From Nitrosopumilus maritimus SCM1 (GTDB lineage Archaea; Thermoproteota; Nitrososphaeria; Nitrososphaerales; Nitrosopumilaceae): a DNA stretch of 32,000 bases. The notes below the pieces were generated by a model that was given only the letters and a program-made list of their open reading frames with translations, made no database searches and was not told the DNA's origin. Position 1 is the first letter of the stretch; each line of letters begins with the position of its first letter. This document shows positions 1 through 9,031 of the stretch, one piece after another. The position numbers and the translations under genes are program-made. Location: assembly GCF_000018465.1 (NCBI RefSeq), contig NC_010085.1:30001-62000 (forward strand). The letters are read 5' to 3'.

Positions 1-280
1 CTTTGGAATCTCAAAACTAGTAAGACTAGTTGAAAAGTACTCTAAACGACTCCAGATTCAAGAACGCCTAACCAAAAACATTGCAGATGAACTATACTCT
101 CAAGGTGTCAAGGGAGTAGTTGTTTTAGCTGATGCAGAGCACCTATGTATGAAAATGCGTGGTGTCAGAAATGATGCAACACTATCATCATCAGCATTTA
201 GAGGAATTTATGAAAATAAAGAGGATAAAGAGAGCATTATGACTCTAATTCGAAAACGTGCTTCAGATTCTGCATATTAG
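1..280 (+). CDS. folE: GTP cyclohydrolase I, C-terminal part (5' truncated by window)
   Basis: Frame starting at base 2 reads FGISKLVRLVEKYSKRLQIQERLTKNIADELYSQGVKGVVVLADAEHLCMKMRGVRNDATTLSSAFRGIYENKEDKESIMTLIRKRASDSAY*. The LxRLVExxxxRLQxQERLTxxIAD, GVxVVxxAEHLCMxMRGV and SxxRGI blocks are typical of FolE type I. Confidence 0.88.
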   Translation, partial: FGISKLVRLVEKYSKRLQIQERLTKNIADELYSQGVKGVVVLADAEHLCMKMRGVRNDATLSSSAFRGIYENKEDKESIMTLIRKRASDSAY

Positions 281-320
281 ATACTCAAAAATTAAATACC
301 GATTCTATTTCAAAAAACTC

Positions 321-575
321 ATGGATGACGGAAGAAAGATTGCATATATCCCAAAAGAAGGATGGCCAAAATTTACTTGGTATGCAATTGAATTTGCAAT
401 AGTCCTTGCAGTCTGTATGTTGATTGCAAGAGAAGTTGTTGCAACTCTATCCGAATTGTCTCCAGACCTTCAGAACTATATCTGGTGGGGAATCACTGGA
501 TTGATTTTCTTGGCATGGTATATTGGAATAAGAGGATTTATTCTAAAAAAGAAAATTCTAAACAACAGATACTAG
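321..575 (+). CDS. Small hypothetical membrane protein (about 84 aa, two predicted TM segments)
   Basis: ORF 258..575. ATG at 321 (MDDGRKIAYIPKEGW...) is the more plausible start because the upstream part overlaps folE and looks non-coding. Two hydrophobic stretches: WYAIEFAIVLAVCMLIA and YIWWGITGLIFLAWYIGI. Confidence 0.6.
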   Translation: MDDGRKIAYIPKEGWPKFTWYAIEFAIVLAVCMLIAREVVATLSELSPDLQNYIWWGITGLIFLAWYIGIRGFILKKKILNNRY

Positions 576-577
576 AA

Positions 578-1252
578 TTATTTTAGATATTTTGTTTTGT
601 CTGTAACTCCTGCTTTCTCAAATGCAATCTTTCTATTATTGCAAGACTCACAAACACCACAATGCAGTTTTTTGTTTGAATAACAACTCCAAGTTCTAAA
701 GATGGAATCACCTAACACTTTCTTTCCTTTCTTTAACAAGTCACTTTTTGATAACCCTTCTCTGTATGGAGACCAAATCTTTATCTTTTTTCTTATTTTT
801 GAATTAATCCCATCAATCTCGCCTTGATTGAATGCTGATTCTAGTTTCTTTGCAAAGGCAGGTCTGCAATCCGGATAGTACTTGTCTCCTGTATGTGCAC
901 CATAAACGACTAGGGATGCGTTTAGGGTATATGCCCATGCAGATGCAACTGAGAGAAACACTGCATTTCTAATTGGTACTACTATAGAGTACTCAAATTT
1001 GCTTGGAATCTTTCTTTTTGAGCTAGTCAAGACATTAGAGTCACCGTACAACTCTTTCATAAAACCAATATCGATAATCTTGTGCTGTTTTAGTCCTAAT
1101 TTCTTTGCAAATGATTTTGTAGCAGAAATCTCCATGTTTGCTTTCTGACCATATGAAAAAGTAATTCCATACAACTCGTACTTTGATTTTAGAAATGATA
1201 CTGCACAAACAGAGTCAACTCCTCCACTAAAAACAACTACTGCTTTTTTCAT
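578..1252 (-). CDS. queC: 7-cyano-7-deazaguanine (preQ0) synthase QueC
   Basis: 224 aa with PP-loop AVVVFSGGVDSVCA and a C-terminal zinc-binding CysX8CX2CX2C-like cluster (WSCYSNKKLHCGVCESC). Confidence 0.92.
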   Translation of the reverse strand: MKKAVVVFSGGVDSVCAVSFLKSKYELYGITFSYGQKANMEISATKSFAKKLGLKQHKIIDIGFMKELYGDSNVLTSSKRKIPSKFEYSIVVPIRNAVFLSVASAWAYTLNASLVVYGAHTGDKYYPDCRPAFAKKLESAFNQGEIDGINSKIRKKIKIWSPYREGLSKSDLLKKGKKVLGDSIFRTWSCYSNKKLHCGVCESCNNRKIAFEKAGVTDKTKYLK

Positions 1253-1255
1253 GAC

Positions 1256-2179
1256 TCATCTTCTTTTGTCTGCAGCACCTTTACTTGGTTTGCAGATTAC
1301 TGTCTGACATTCTGTTTTTGCTGATGCAAATCCTCTTGACATTGCAGAACTGATCTTTTTCAAATCAGCTGAACTTTTAGAAAATGCAATTACTGAAGGT
1401 CCTGCTCCACTGATTGTTACGCCTAATGCCCCTGCTTTTAGGGCATTTTCTTTTACCTTGTCAAATCCTGGAATCATATGCTTTCTTGCAGGTTCTACAA
1501 TTACATCTTTGATTGAGTTTCCGATTAATTCTGGATCTTTTTTCATAAATCCTGCAACAATTGCAGATGCGTTTGATAAATTCAAAATACTGTCTGTTAG
1601 TTTCACTTTCTTTGGAATTACTCCTCTTGAAACCTTGGTCTTCTTTTTTGGAACCTCAAGTTTTGGAACAGCAACACACATTCTAAGATTTGTTGGAGGA
1701 TCTACTCTGGTTACTTGCAATGGATTTGTTTTAACAATTACAAATCCTCCTAATACGGAAGCTGCAACATTATCATAATGAACTGATCCTGCACTTGCTT
1801 TTTCACCAGATCCTGCAAACTCTACTAGAGAATTTCCATCTAACTTTAATCCAAATAATTTGTCAAATGCTACTGCTGTAGCAGCAGCTGATGCGGCACT
1901 ACTTCCCATTCCAAATCCTGCAGGAACGCCTTTCTTGATTTTAATCTCTACTCCACTTTTTATCTTGAATTTTTTTTTCATATTTTTTACAACTAGTCCT
2001 GCAGTATTATTGTCTGGCTTTGTTGGAATGTTGTCATCAGTTACTATTGTGATTCTACTTTTTGTTTTGGTGAGAGTCACTTCGTCATAAAATGCATCTA
2101 CTGCCAAACCAAATACGTCAAATCCTGGACCTAGATTTGCTGTAGACGAAGGTGCTTTTACTGTAACTTTTGATGCCAC
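1256..2179 (-). CDS. thrB: Homoserine kinase (GHMP kinase family)
   Basis: VTVKAPSSTANLGPGFDVFGLAVD N-terminus and GHMP motif VPAGFGMGSSAASAAATAVAF; C-terminal GALGVTISGAGPSVIAF. Confidence 0.9.
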   Translation of the reverse strand: MASKVTVKAPSSTANLGPGFDVFGLAVDAFYDEVTLTKTKSRITIVTDDNIPTKPDNNTAGLVVKNMKKKFKIKSGVEIKIKKGVPAGFGMGSSAASAAATAVAFDKLFGLKLDGNSLVEFAGSGEKASAGSVHYDNVAASVLGGFVIVKTNPLQVTRVDPPTNLRMCVAVPKLEVPKKKTKVSRGVIPKKVKLTDSILNLSNASAIVAGFMKKDPELIGNSIKDVIVEPARKHMIPGFDKVKENALKAGALGVTISGAGPSVIAFSKSSADLKKISSAMSRGFASAKTECQTVICKPSKGAADKRR

Positions 2180-2937
2180 TAATCTTCTACCTCTTCGCCC
2201 AAATTAAGAATTCTGCTAAGAGCTCCCTCTAGATTGACAAATCCATCTCCAGTTACATTTGAGATTGGAATTAGTCCCTGTGCAAATCCGCTAAGATTCA
2301 ATCCTCTCAAGATGTTTGTAGTCAGAGTATAGGTATCTCCATCTGCATCATTTGCAATAGCACTCTCCAAAGTACTCAAACTACTTGACCATTGTAGAAT
2401 GTTTTTGAGATTGGCCCCAATAAGATCAGTTTTTGTCAGTACGTTGATTGTTGGTAGATTAAGTCGTAGTCTAATTGATGTTGCTAAAAGTGCAATTGAT
2501 ACAAAATTAACTGGAGTTGTAATCAATGCACCATCAAAAAGAAACACACTTGTTTTCTCTTCAGATGAAATGTTGTCTATAAGAAAACGTCCGCTGGAAC
2601 GATATGCAAATAATTCAATTTGTCCTGGTGTGTCAACTATGAGATAATCTGGATTCACTCTGTTTACCTCATTTTGAATATCATCAATCTTTGATGCAAT
2701 CAAATCAGCTGCCATAACTAGTGCACCATTTGGACCAAGATCATATTGTTGCATGATGGACACAATATCTACAAAGTCTCTGACATCAACGTCACAGCTA
2801 TATGGTAAATTTTCTACTCCAGGATCCAAATTTAGAACTGCAGTAAATGCACCGTTCTTTGTATAGTAATCATATAGTTTTGATGAGAGTAATGATTTTC
2901 CTGAACCTGCAGTTCCAGAAACAAAAATGGTCTTCAA
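2179..2937 (-). CDS. GPN-loop GTPase (PAB0955/XAB1 family)
   Basis: Walker A GTAGSGKSLLS, LDPGVE, the GPN-loop LGPNGAL, DTPGQIELF and NVLTKTDL. Confidence 0.88.
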   Translation of the reverse strand: MKTIFVSGTAGSGKSLLSSKLYDYYTKNGAFTAVLNLDPGVENLPYSCDVDVRDFVDIVSIMQQYDLGPNGALVMAADLIASKIDDIQNEVNRVNPDYLIVDTPGQIELFAYRSSGRFLIDNISSEEKTSVFLFDGALITTPVNFVSIALLATSIRLRLNLPTINVLTKTDLIGANLKNILQWSSSLSTLESAIANDADGDTYTLTTNILRGLNLSGFAQGLIPISNVTGDGFVNLEGALSRILNLGEEVED

Positions 2938-3104
2938 TCTGTCTGATTCATAATCTGCTCATATTTCAAACTAGTTGAGAATTACAGAATATTTTTGAGG
3001 CTAATCTCAATTAATTACAGAATTTGTGCATGGTTTTAGGCGTGAAAACTCTACTAAACCGATTTTGTCAACTTTCATATTTGATCCTTCAAAGAAATCA
3101 TCAA

Positions 3105-4121
3105 ATGAACTGGAGACTTGCAGCTATTCCTGCTACATTAATTCCAATTATCATTATAGCTATTCAATTTGATATCAAACCTGAAGACGTTCTTGCAATC
3201 GGTTTCTTTCCATTTGTCGGTGCAGTTGTAGCAATGATGATAAAACTAGGACTTCAAGGAGTAAAGTTTGCCTACATTGCAAGGAGATATCTTGGCAATT
3301 TTGATTCTGTTTTGAAATTAACTGGAGTTCGTGTCGGTAGTGAGTTTATCAAATTTACAACTCCGATGTTTATTGGAGCAGAATTCATCGTAATCTATTA
3401 TTTGCACAAAAAGGGAGTAAAGCCCTCAAAATCAACATGGATTGCAATAATGGATATTGTAACTGAAGTGTTTGCAGCTGGATTGTTATCTATAATGGCA
3501 GGAATAATTGCACTGCTAAATGGAGCATATGTTGTTGCCGCAGTAGTTTTGGGAACCAGCATTACTGTCACCACATTGTGGATGGTACTATTCTTCTTGT
3601 CTTCTAAACGCACATTCCAAGTTCCTAAAGTTTTGGGAAAACTTGCACAAAGATTTGGAAAAGAGAAAGGTACCAAGTATATAGAACAAACAAACTCTTG
3701 GATGGAAGAAGTGTGTACTATGAGTAGAGAAAATCTCAAAACTTCTGAATCAAAAAAGGTCTTTACAATATCATTCTTGTTTTCAATAGCATCTTGGTCA
3801 TTTTATGGAATTTCATTTATGATCATTGCAATGGGAACTGGATATGTTATCAACGCATTTGATTCTATTATGGCTGTAATGGGGGCAAATGCAATTGGAA
3901 ATCTTCCAATCACTATTGGTGGTTCTGGCCTTGCTGAATTTGGAATTGTTGCATATCTTAACAATCTAAATCCATTTGACTTTGATGCTTCCCAAGGTGG
4001 TTTAGCTTGGGATGCAGTAATAGGCTGGAGAATTGCAACATACTATGTACCAATTGTGATTACTTGGTTGCTTTTAGTAAAACTAGCCTTGAGTAGAATC
4101 TCAAAACCTCAAGCCACATAG
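3105..4121 (+). CDS. Polytopic membrane protein, lysylphosphatidylglycerol synthase/flippase TM domain (UPF0104) family
   Basis: ORF 3024..4121; in-frame ATG at 3105 (MNWRLAAIPATLIPIIIIAIQF) is a better start. Many hydrophobic segments; NLPITIGGSGLAEFG-like motif typical of the family. Confidence 0.7.
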   Translation: MNWRLAAIPATLIPIIIIAIQFDIKPEDVLAIGFFPFVGAVVAMMIKLGLQGVKFAYIARRYLGNFDSVLKLTGVRVGSEFIKFTTPMFIGAEFIVIYYLHKKGVKPSKSTWIAIMDIVTEVFAAGLLSIMAGIIALLNGAYVVAAVVLGTSITVTTLWMVLFFLSSKRTFQVPKVLGKLAQRFGKEKGTKYIEQTNSWMEEVCTMSRENLKTSESKKVFTISFLFSIASWSFYGISFMIIAMGTGYVINAFDSIMAVMGANAIGNLPITIGGSGLAEFGIVAYLNNLNPFDFDASQGGLAWDAVIGWRIATYYVPIVITWLLLVKLALSRISKPQAT

Positions 4122-4155
4122 AAACCACTTTATCTTAAAACGATTTTTTTGATTT

Positions 4156-4950
4156 GTGGATTTCAAAAACAAAACAGTATTGATTACTGGAGCATCATCT
4201 GGAATCGGAAAGCAAACTGCAATTGAATTTGCAAAGCTTGGTGCGAACATAATTCTTGTTGCAAGAAGAAAAGAAAAGTTGGATGAGCTTGCAAGCGAAT
4301 TAGAAAAATTCAAAGTAACAACATTTGTCTGCAAATGTGATGTCTCAGATAAAACGCAAGTAAAAGAAATGTCAAAGACTGTTTTAGAAAAATTTGATTC
4401 TGTTGACGTGTTGGTAAATAATGCTGGTTTTGCAATTTATGGTTCTGTTAAAGATCTATCTGTTGATGAAATAGAATCCCAGATGGAAACAAATTATTTT
4501 GGAATGATGTATTGTATCAAAAACTTTCTACCTTCCATGTTGGATAAAAAATCTGGTCATATAGTCAATGTTGCATCAGTTGCTGCAAGCTTTGGCCTTC
4601 CTGGAATTGCATCATATTGTGCATCAAAATTTGCAATACTAGGATTTTCAGAGGGTCTTAAACATGAACTACATGGTACTGGAGTAGGAATTACTGTTGT
4701 TAGTCCAATAATGGTTAGAACAGACTTTTTTGATCATCCTTCATTTGAGAAAATGCCAAAATATTCCCCCACATCACTTAGTTCTAAAACTGTTGCAAAA
4801 GCAATTCTAAAGGCTGCAAACTCTCCTAGATTAGAAATTATTGTTCCTTCTGTGGTTAGAAGTGCTGTATGGTTAAAGCATACATTTCCTTATTTCATTA
4901 ACCCTATCATGGGAAAGTCTTTCAAAAAACAATTAGACGCTGTAAAGTAA
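4156..4950 (+). CDS. Short-chain dehydrogenase/reductase
   Basis: Rossmann TGASSGIG, VNNAG, catalytic S...YCASKFA (YxxxK). Confidence 0.92.
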   Translation: MDFKNKTVLITGASSGIGKQTAIEFAKLGANIILVARRKEKLDELASELEKFKVTTFVCKCDVSDKTQVKEMSKTVLEKFDSVDVLVNNAGFAIYGSVKDLSVDEIESQMETNYFGMMYCIKNFLPSMLDKKSGHIVNVASVAASFGLPGIASYCASKFAILGFSEGLKHELHGTGVGITVVSPIMVRTDFFDHPSFEKMPKYSPTSLSSKTVAKAILKAANSPRLEIIVPSVVRSAVWLKHTFPYFINPIMGKSFKKQLDAVK

Positions 4951-4957
4951 TTCTGAA

Positions 4958-5362
4958 TTACTCTTCTTCGTCATCATCTGCGGCTTCATTAGAGCCTACA
5001 TCTAACAATTCAAGTGATTTTAACTCAAATTGATAAATTGCATTCATATCAATCTCTTTTTCTTTTTCTAAATACTCTGAGACTTTTTTGCTAAGTGGTG
5101 CTTTGTGTTGATCAAAAACAAATTCATAGACTTCTCCTTTTAACAAGTCATCTATCTTGACACTTTTTGGAACATCCATAGTTACAATGTGTCTTCCGTC
5201 TTCTACAGCATCATACAATTGAACATCAATTTTGTTATCTTCGTAATAAAACTCTAGTATGTATCCAGATTTTTTTAGTTCTTCAGGTTTTTTGAATTTT
5301 GCATTCTGAATCTCATCAGTAACCCATTCAGGAATTTCATCTTCTTTTTTCTTTTTTACCAT
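4958..5362 (-). CDS. Hypothetical protein (134 aa, acidic C-terminus)
   Basis: Intact ORF with protein-like composition, compactly placed between neighbours; product unrecognised. Confidence 0.6.
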   Translation of the reverse strand: MVKKKKEDEIPEWVTDEIQNAKFKKPEELKKSGYILEFYYEDNKIDVQLYDAVEDGRHIVTMDVPKSVKIDDLLKGEVYEFVFDQHKAPLSKKVSEYLEKEKEIDMNAIYQFELKSLELLDVGSNEAADDDEEE

Positions 5363-5373
5363 AATAACTCACG

Positions 5374-5685
5374 CTAGTTTTCAGCTTTTTCTTTTTTGCT
5401 CTTTGACCACCATTCTAAATAGTCATCATGCTTATCATCACGTGTTCTTTCTTTTTGGTTGAGTTTGTATCTGATGTCTGAAACTTGTTCTCTTGTTGCG
5501 TAAAGACCACATCGTTTACAAACAAAATTTCTTCTATTCTTCTCATCCATCTTCATTGGAATGTCAATTTCATCGTATAACTTGAAAAGATCCTCTCTGC
5601 TTCTTTCTTCTTCAGGAACTTCAGATTCATATTTTTCTTGAATCTTTTTTCTCTCTCTGTGTGTACATTCTGGACAGTTAGGCAC
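5374..5685 (-). CDS. Hypothetical zinc-ribbon-like protein (103 aa)
   Basis: GTG start at 5685; CPEC near the N-terminus and CKRC mid-protein (MPNCPECTH...FVCKRCGLYATREQV). Confidence 0.6.
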   Translation of the reverse strand: MPNCPECTHRERKKIQEKYESEVPEEERSREDLFKLYDEIDIPMKMDEKNRRNFVCKRCGLYATREQVSDIRYKLNQKERTRDDKHDDYLEWWSKSKKEKAEN

Positions 5686-5746
5686 TGATGATTTGGCTTA
5701 ATTTTTTCCATAAAAGCGTTCCCACATTGTAAATTGATCGATAAAC

Positions 5747-5814
5747 ATCTGACACGCGGATTTTTTCATCATCCCTTTCGGTCCGTTCGCCCATCGAAAT
5801 CCCGCGTGCCAGAC
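5747..5814 (-). ncRNA. Candidate structured RNA (class unknown): long imperfect hairpin in an intergenic gap
   Basis: Minus-strand RNA 5'-GUCUGGCACGCGGGAUUU ... AAAUCCGCGUGUCAGAU-3' forms about 17 bp with one bulged G and two G-U wobbles. 37 of 68 bases are G/C by hand count, in an AT-rich neighbourhood. Confidence 0.45.
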
Positions 5815-5838
5815 GAGCAAAATTCAAAAAATAATGTA

Positions 5839-7083
5839 TTATCTCTTTTCTTCTAACGTTTGGGCAGCAATCTTTGCTGAATTTTCAGCCCCGTTTGGGA
5901 CAAAATTCTTTGAAAATTCGTTTAAACTCTCTTCAAATCTCTCATAATTTGCTCTAATCTTTGATATTCCTTCAATTACCTGCTTTGTTTTTGTGGCTAG
6001 AATTCCCAAATTCTTCTCTTCGGCCCATTTGATGTTGTTAGTGTGCTCATCATAGATGGGAATGCCGATGATTGGCTTTGTTTTACCACCCATAATCTCG
6101 CCCATTACTGTATGTGAACCATTCACTACAGCATATTTGCATAGATCCAACACAGTATCCTTTTCCTGTTCTGAAAGAAATCCAATATCAATCTGAATCC
6201 AATCTATTTTCTTCTCTAATGCATCAGATATGGAATATCTCTTTCCATCTTTGCCAATAACAGAATCAATATTTGGATCATTTCTTGCATGTGAAATTAT
6301 CCTCTTTTCTGTTTTCATTTCCTCTTTATGAAATACTTCTTCGTATCTTTGACCAGTTCCATCATTTGTTGATTTGTTTCCAGTTCTCATCCAATACCCA
6401 AATTCATCATTCTCAATTAGTTTTTCAAGATCAGAACTGTCAGTCTTTTCAATTTTCTTACTGTTTGTAAAGTGACCAACATAAGTCACCTTTTCTTCAG
6501 CTTCTTCTATGACATTTAGATTGTACTCACACATTGTATAAGGTGGTGGAGAGTCTGCAACAAGAATCTTTGATGCTTTTTGAATTTGTTTTGCAACAAA
6601 TATCAGTGATGGATATAGATATGATCTTGAATTGTATAATCTCGGTCTGAATTGATTTGTTATGAATAAGCTTGGTATGTTTCTGTTTTTTGCTAAAATA
6701 TTTGATCCCATATCTCCATCATTAATTACCAAATCAAATTTTTCTTTATTGTAGAGTTTTCTCTCTTCTCGAAGATAATTTGCAATCTGTCTTACTAGTG
6801 GTGGATTCTTTGAAATTGGTAATAGCAAATTCATTAATGACATTGAAACACTTGGACCAAACTTTCCATCAATAGGAGTTGGCATTAAAATTTCATGAAT
6901 TTTCTCTCTTTCATCTGGAAATTTTTTCAACAATTTTTCGTATACGTGGTCTTTGCTGGAGAAATGAACCTCAAAGTCTTCTTTGATGTGATCTCCAAGA
7001 ACTTCATTTAACCTCATCATTCTTGAATAGTGACCACTTCCCCATGGGTAGATGAATTCTCCTATTTTGAGCACAATATGCAA
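5839..7083 (-). CDS. Glycosyltransferase-like protein (MurG/GT28 or UDP-glycosyltransferase-like fold)
   Basis: N-terminal GEFIYPWGSGHYSRMMRLNEVLGDH; C-terminal YAVVNGSHTVMGEIMGGKTKPIIGIPIYDEHTNNIKWAEEKNLGI resembles the nucleotide-sugar binding region (GxxT..E....KP.i.iP...EQ..NA). Confidence 0.68.
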   Translation of the reverse strand: MHIVLKIGEFIYPWGSGHYSRMMRLNEVLGDHIKEDFEVHFSSKDHVYEKLLKKFPDEREKIHEILMPTPIDGKFGPSVSMSLMNLLLPISKNPPLVRQIANYLREERKLYNKEKFDLVINDGDMGSNILAKNRNIPSLFITNQFRPRLYNSRSYLYPSLIFVAKQIQKASKILVADSPPPYTMCEYNLNVIEEAEEKVTYVGHFTNSKKIEKTDSSDLEKLIENDEFGYWMRTGNKSTNDGTGQRYEEVFHKEEMKTEKRIISHARNDPNIDSVIGKDGKRYSISDALEKKIDWIQIDIGFLSEQEKDTVLDLCKYAVVNGSHTVMGEIMGGKTKPIIGIPIYDEHTNNIKWAEEKNLGILATKTKQVIEGISKIRANYERFEESLNEFSKNFVPNGAENSAKIAAQTLEEKR

Positions 7084-7113
7084 CCAAATACGCTGTTTAA
7101 ATTCTCAATGATT

Positions 7114-8277
7114 CTATTCTAGCGAATCCAAAATATCATGTACATTGTTTGGTCCAGCCTGAATGGAAATCACTTTTTTTGTTTTGAGTGCTTTTTCTAC
7201 CTCTTTTTTCACAAAAACAGGAATTTCATCTGAACTAATGGCTGCAATATTTTCTAATTTCTTGATATTTCTCTCCAGTCCAATCTCTTTTGCTTCATCA
7301 AACAAGTTTGTGTCTACTCCAGCTAATGGAACTAGGGGAATCTTCTTTTTTGAAAATACTAGTTTTAGTGCGTTATCCAGAAAATCTGATGAAAATATTT
7401 GTGGTGATATAGCTAAAGACACTCGTTTAATTGAAGACTGTAGCATTATTTCTACAACTGAATTTACATATGTTAGATAATTTTTGACACCTTTTGGATT
7501 TATTTTCAGATGAAAGAACTCTAATTCGATTTTCTCTTGAACTAGTCTTGGAATTATTTGGTTTAGTGTTTTAGCTAGGTTCATCAACTCTGATTTTTGT
7601 CTATAACAGACTATTACCTTTGTATCGTATCCTTGCTTTATGGTCTCATAACAAGAAACTGCAGATAATTCATCATATACTGCACAAATTGTTTTCTCAC
7701 TTTGTGATTGATATGGGATACCGCCTTTTCCTTTATCTGAAAAAATGCAGATGTATGCATTATTCTTTGTTAGATATGTATACAATAATTTGTCGTAATC
7801 TTGTTCTGTTCCTGGATGTGCACCAAGCTTTGATTTTTTTTCTATAATACTTGATGTAGCTGCAATCTCTACGTCCTTTACAAGAAATCCTTTTGATATT
7901 CCTTCAACTTTGACTAGAAATTTTTCACCTTTTAGAAGTAAATTTCCCCCTACAGAAGTGATTTCAGAAACAATTTCTTGATAATCATTTTTTTTCTGTC
8001 TTGCAATTGCAACCTCTTGAATTCCAAAAAGCATGTTGATTGCAGATGATGCAAATACTGGATCATTTGCATCTACTAAAATAATCTCTCCGTCTCTCTT
8101 TACTGATTTGAATTCTTGATTTTTTATTTTGAGAATCTTTTTGATATTGGAAATTAACTGTGGAATTTTATTTTTTGAAAATATAGTCGGAAAAACTACA
8201 ACATATGATGTTTCATTCATATTTTCTACTTTGAAATCTACTTGTTTATAATTTAGGACAAAACTTCGGGTAATCAA
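7114..8277 (-). CDS. THUMP-domain ThiI-like protein with degenerate PP-loop
   Basis: THUMP-like central region (INMLFGIQEVAIA...SEITSVGGNLLLKGEKFLVKVEG) followed by a ThiI-like C-domain, with ICAVYDELSAVSCYETIKQGYDTKVIV in place of the SGGxDSPVA block. A start at Met20 (about 8220, MNETSYVVVF) is an alternative. Confidence 0.65.
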   Translation of the reverse strand: MITRSFVLNYKQVDFKVENMNETSYVVVFPTIFSKNKIPQLISNIKKILKIKNQEFKSVKRDGEIILVDANDPVFASSAINMLFGIQEVAIARQKKNDYQEIVSEITSVGGNLLLKGEKFLVKVEGISKGFLVKDVEIAATSSIIEKKSKLGAHPGTEQDYDKLLYTYLTKNNAYICIFSDKGKGGIPYQSQSEKTICAVYDELSAVSCYETIKQGYDTKVIVCYRQKSELMNLAKTLNQIIPRLVQEKIELEFFHLKINPKGVKNYLTYVNSVVEIMLQSSIKRVSLAISPQIFSSDFLDNALKLVFSKKKIPLVPLAGVDTNLFDEAKEIGLERNIKKLENIAAISSDEIPVFVKKEVEKALKTKKVISIQAGPNNVHDILDSLE

Positions 8278-8304
8278 TATAAAACAAATACTTCAAGTGA
8301 ATAT

Positions 8305-9030
8305 GTGACTAGATTTACACAAGAACAAGTAGATGATCTCAACTCAAAGATAAAAACAGCTGAAGAAGCTCTTCAATGGGTATCTGATAATTTACATCCT
8401 AAGGTTGCAAAAGCTTCTAGCTTTGGTGCAGAAGATGCCGTCATAATGGATATGATGTTGAAAATTAATCCTGAATTTAGATTCTTTACTTTGGATACAG
8501 GACGATTACCTCAAGAGACATATGATATCATGGATGTCTTGAGAAAAAAATACCATATTACAATTGAAGTGTTATTTCCTGATACTAAAGAAGTTGAAGA
8601 TATGGTAAAAGAAAAAGGACTAAATTTGTTCTATGAAAGTGTAGAGAACAGAAAACTCTGTTGTGAAATACGTAAAGTCCATCCAATGAATAAAATGTTA
8701 AGTACACTTGATGGATGGATTACTGGATTAAGAAGAGAGCAGACCAAAATTAGAGAAGATGTTACAATGTTCCAACTTGATCATGGACATGGTGGTATTC
8801 TCAAGATCAACCCAATAATTGATTGGACATGGGATCAGATTCAAGAACATATCAAAAAATATGATTTACCATACAACAGCCTCCTTGACAAGGGCTATCC
8901 TAGTATTGGATGTGAACCATGTACCAGACCAATAAAGCCTGGAGAAGACATTCGAGCAGGAAGATGGTGGTGGGAACAAGGAGAACACAAAGAGTGTGGC
9001 CTTCATATAGAGCGTAAAAGAGTGGAATAG
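8305..9030 (+). CDS. cysH: Adenylylsulfate (APS/PAPS) reductase, CysH family, 4Fe-4S type
   Basis: GTG start; [16 protein letters not shown]-loop, [13 protein letters not shown], and cysteine motifs CCEIRKVHP and GCEPCTRP typical of 4Fe-4S assimilatory APS reductases. Confidence 0.88.
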
Positions 9031-9031
9031 T

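Noticed and set aside
1458-1778. ORF on the opposite strand of thrB (106 aa); similarly 3398..3739, 15845..16120, 26076..26309 and others in the track
   Set aside because: Shadow ORFs antisense to confidently identified genes, without recognisable domains or start context.
3024-3104. N-terminal extension MCMVLGVKTLLNRFCQLSYLILQRNHQ of the membrane protein
   Set aside because: The in-frame ATG at 3105 starts a typical hydrophobic N-terminus; the extension looks like translated 5' region.
5747-5814. tRNA, box C/D, H/ACA or fluoride-riboswitch interpretation of the GC-rich hairpin
   Set aside because: There is no T-arm/anticodon arm. An AUGAUGA C-box-like string is present but no well-placed CUGA D box. 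The stem has no pseudouridylation pocket. The CGAUG/UGAUG resemblance to a fluoride riboswitch lacks the required P2/P3 and pseudoknot pairing. It is kept only as an unclassified structured element.
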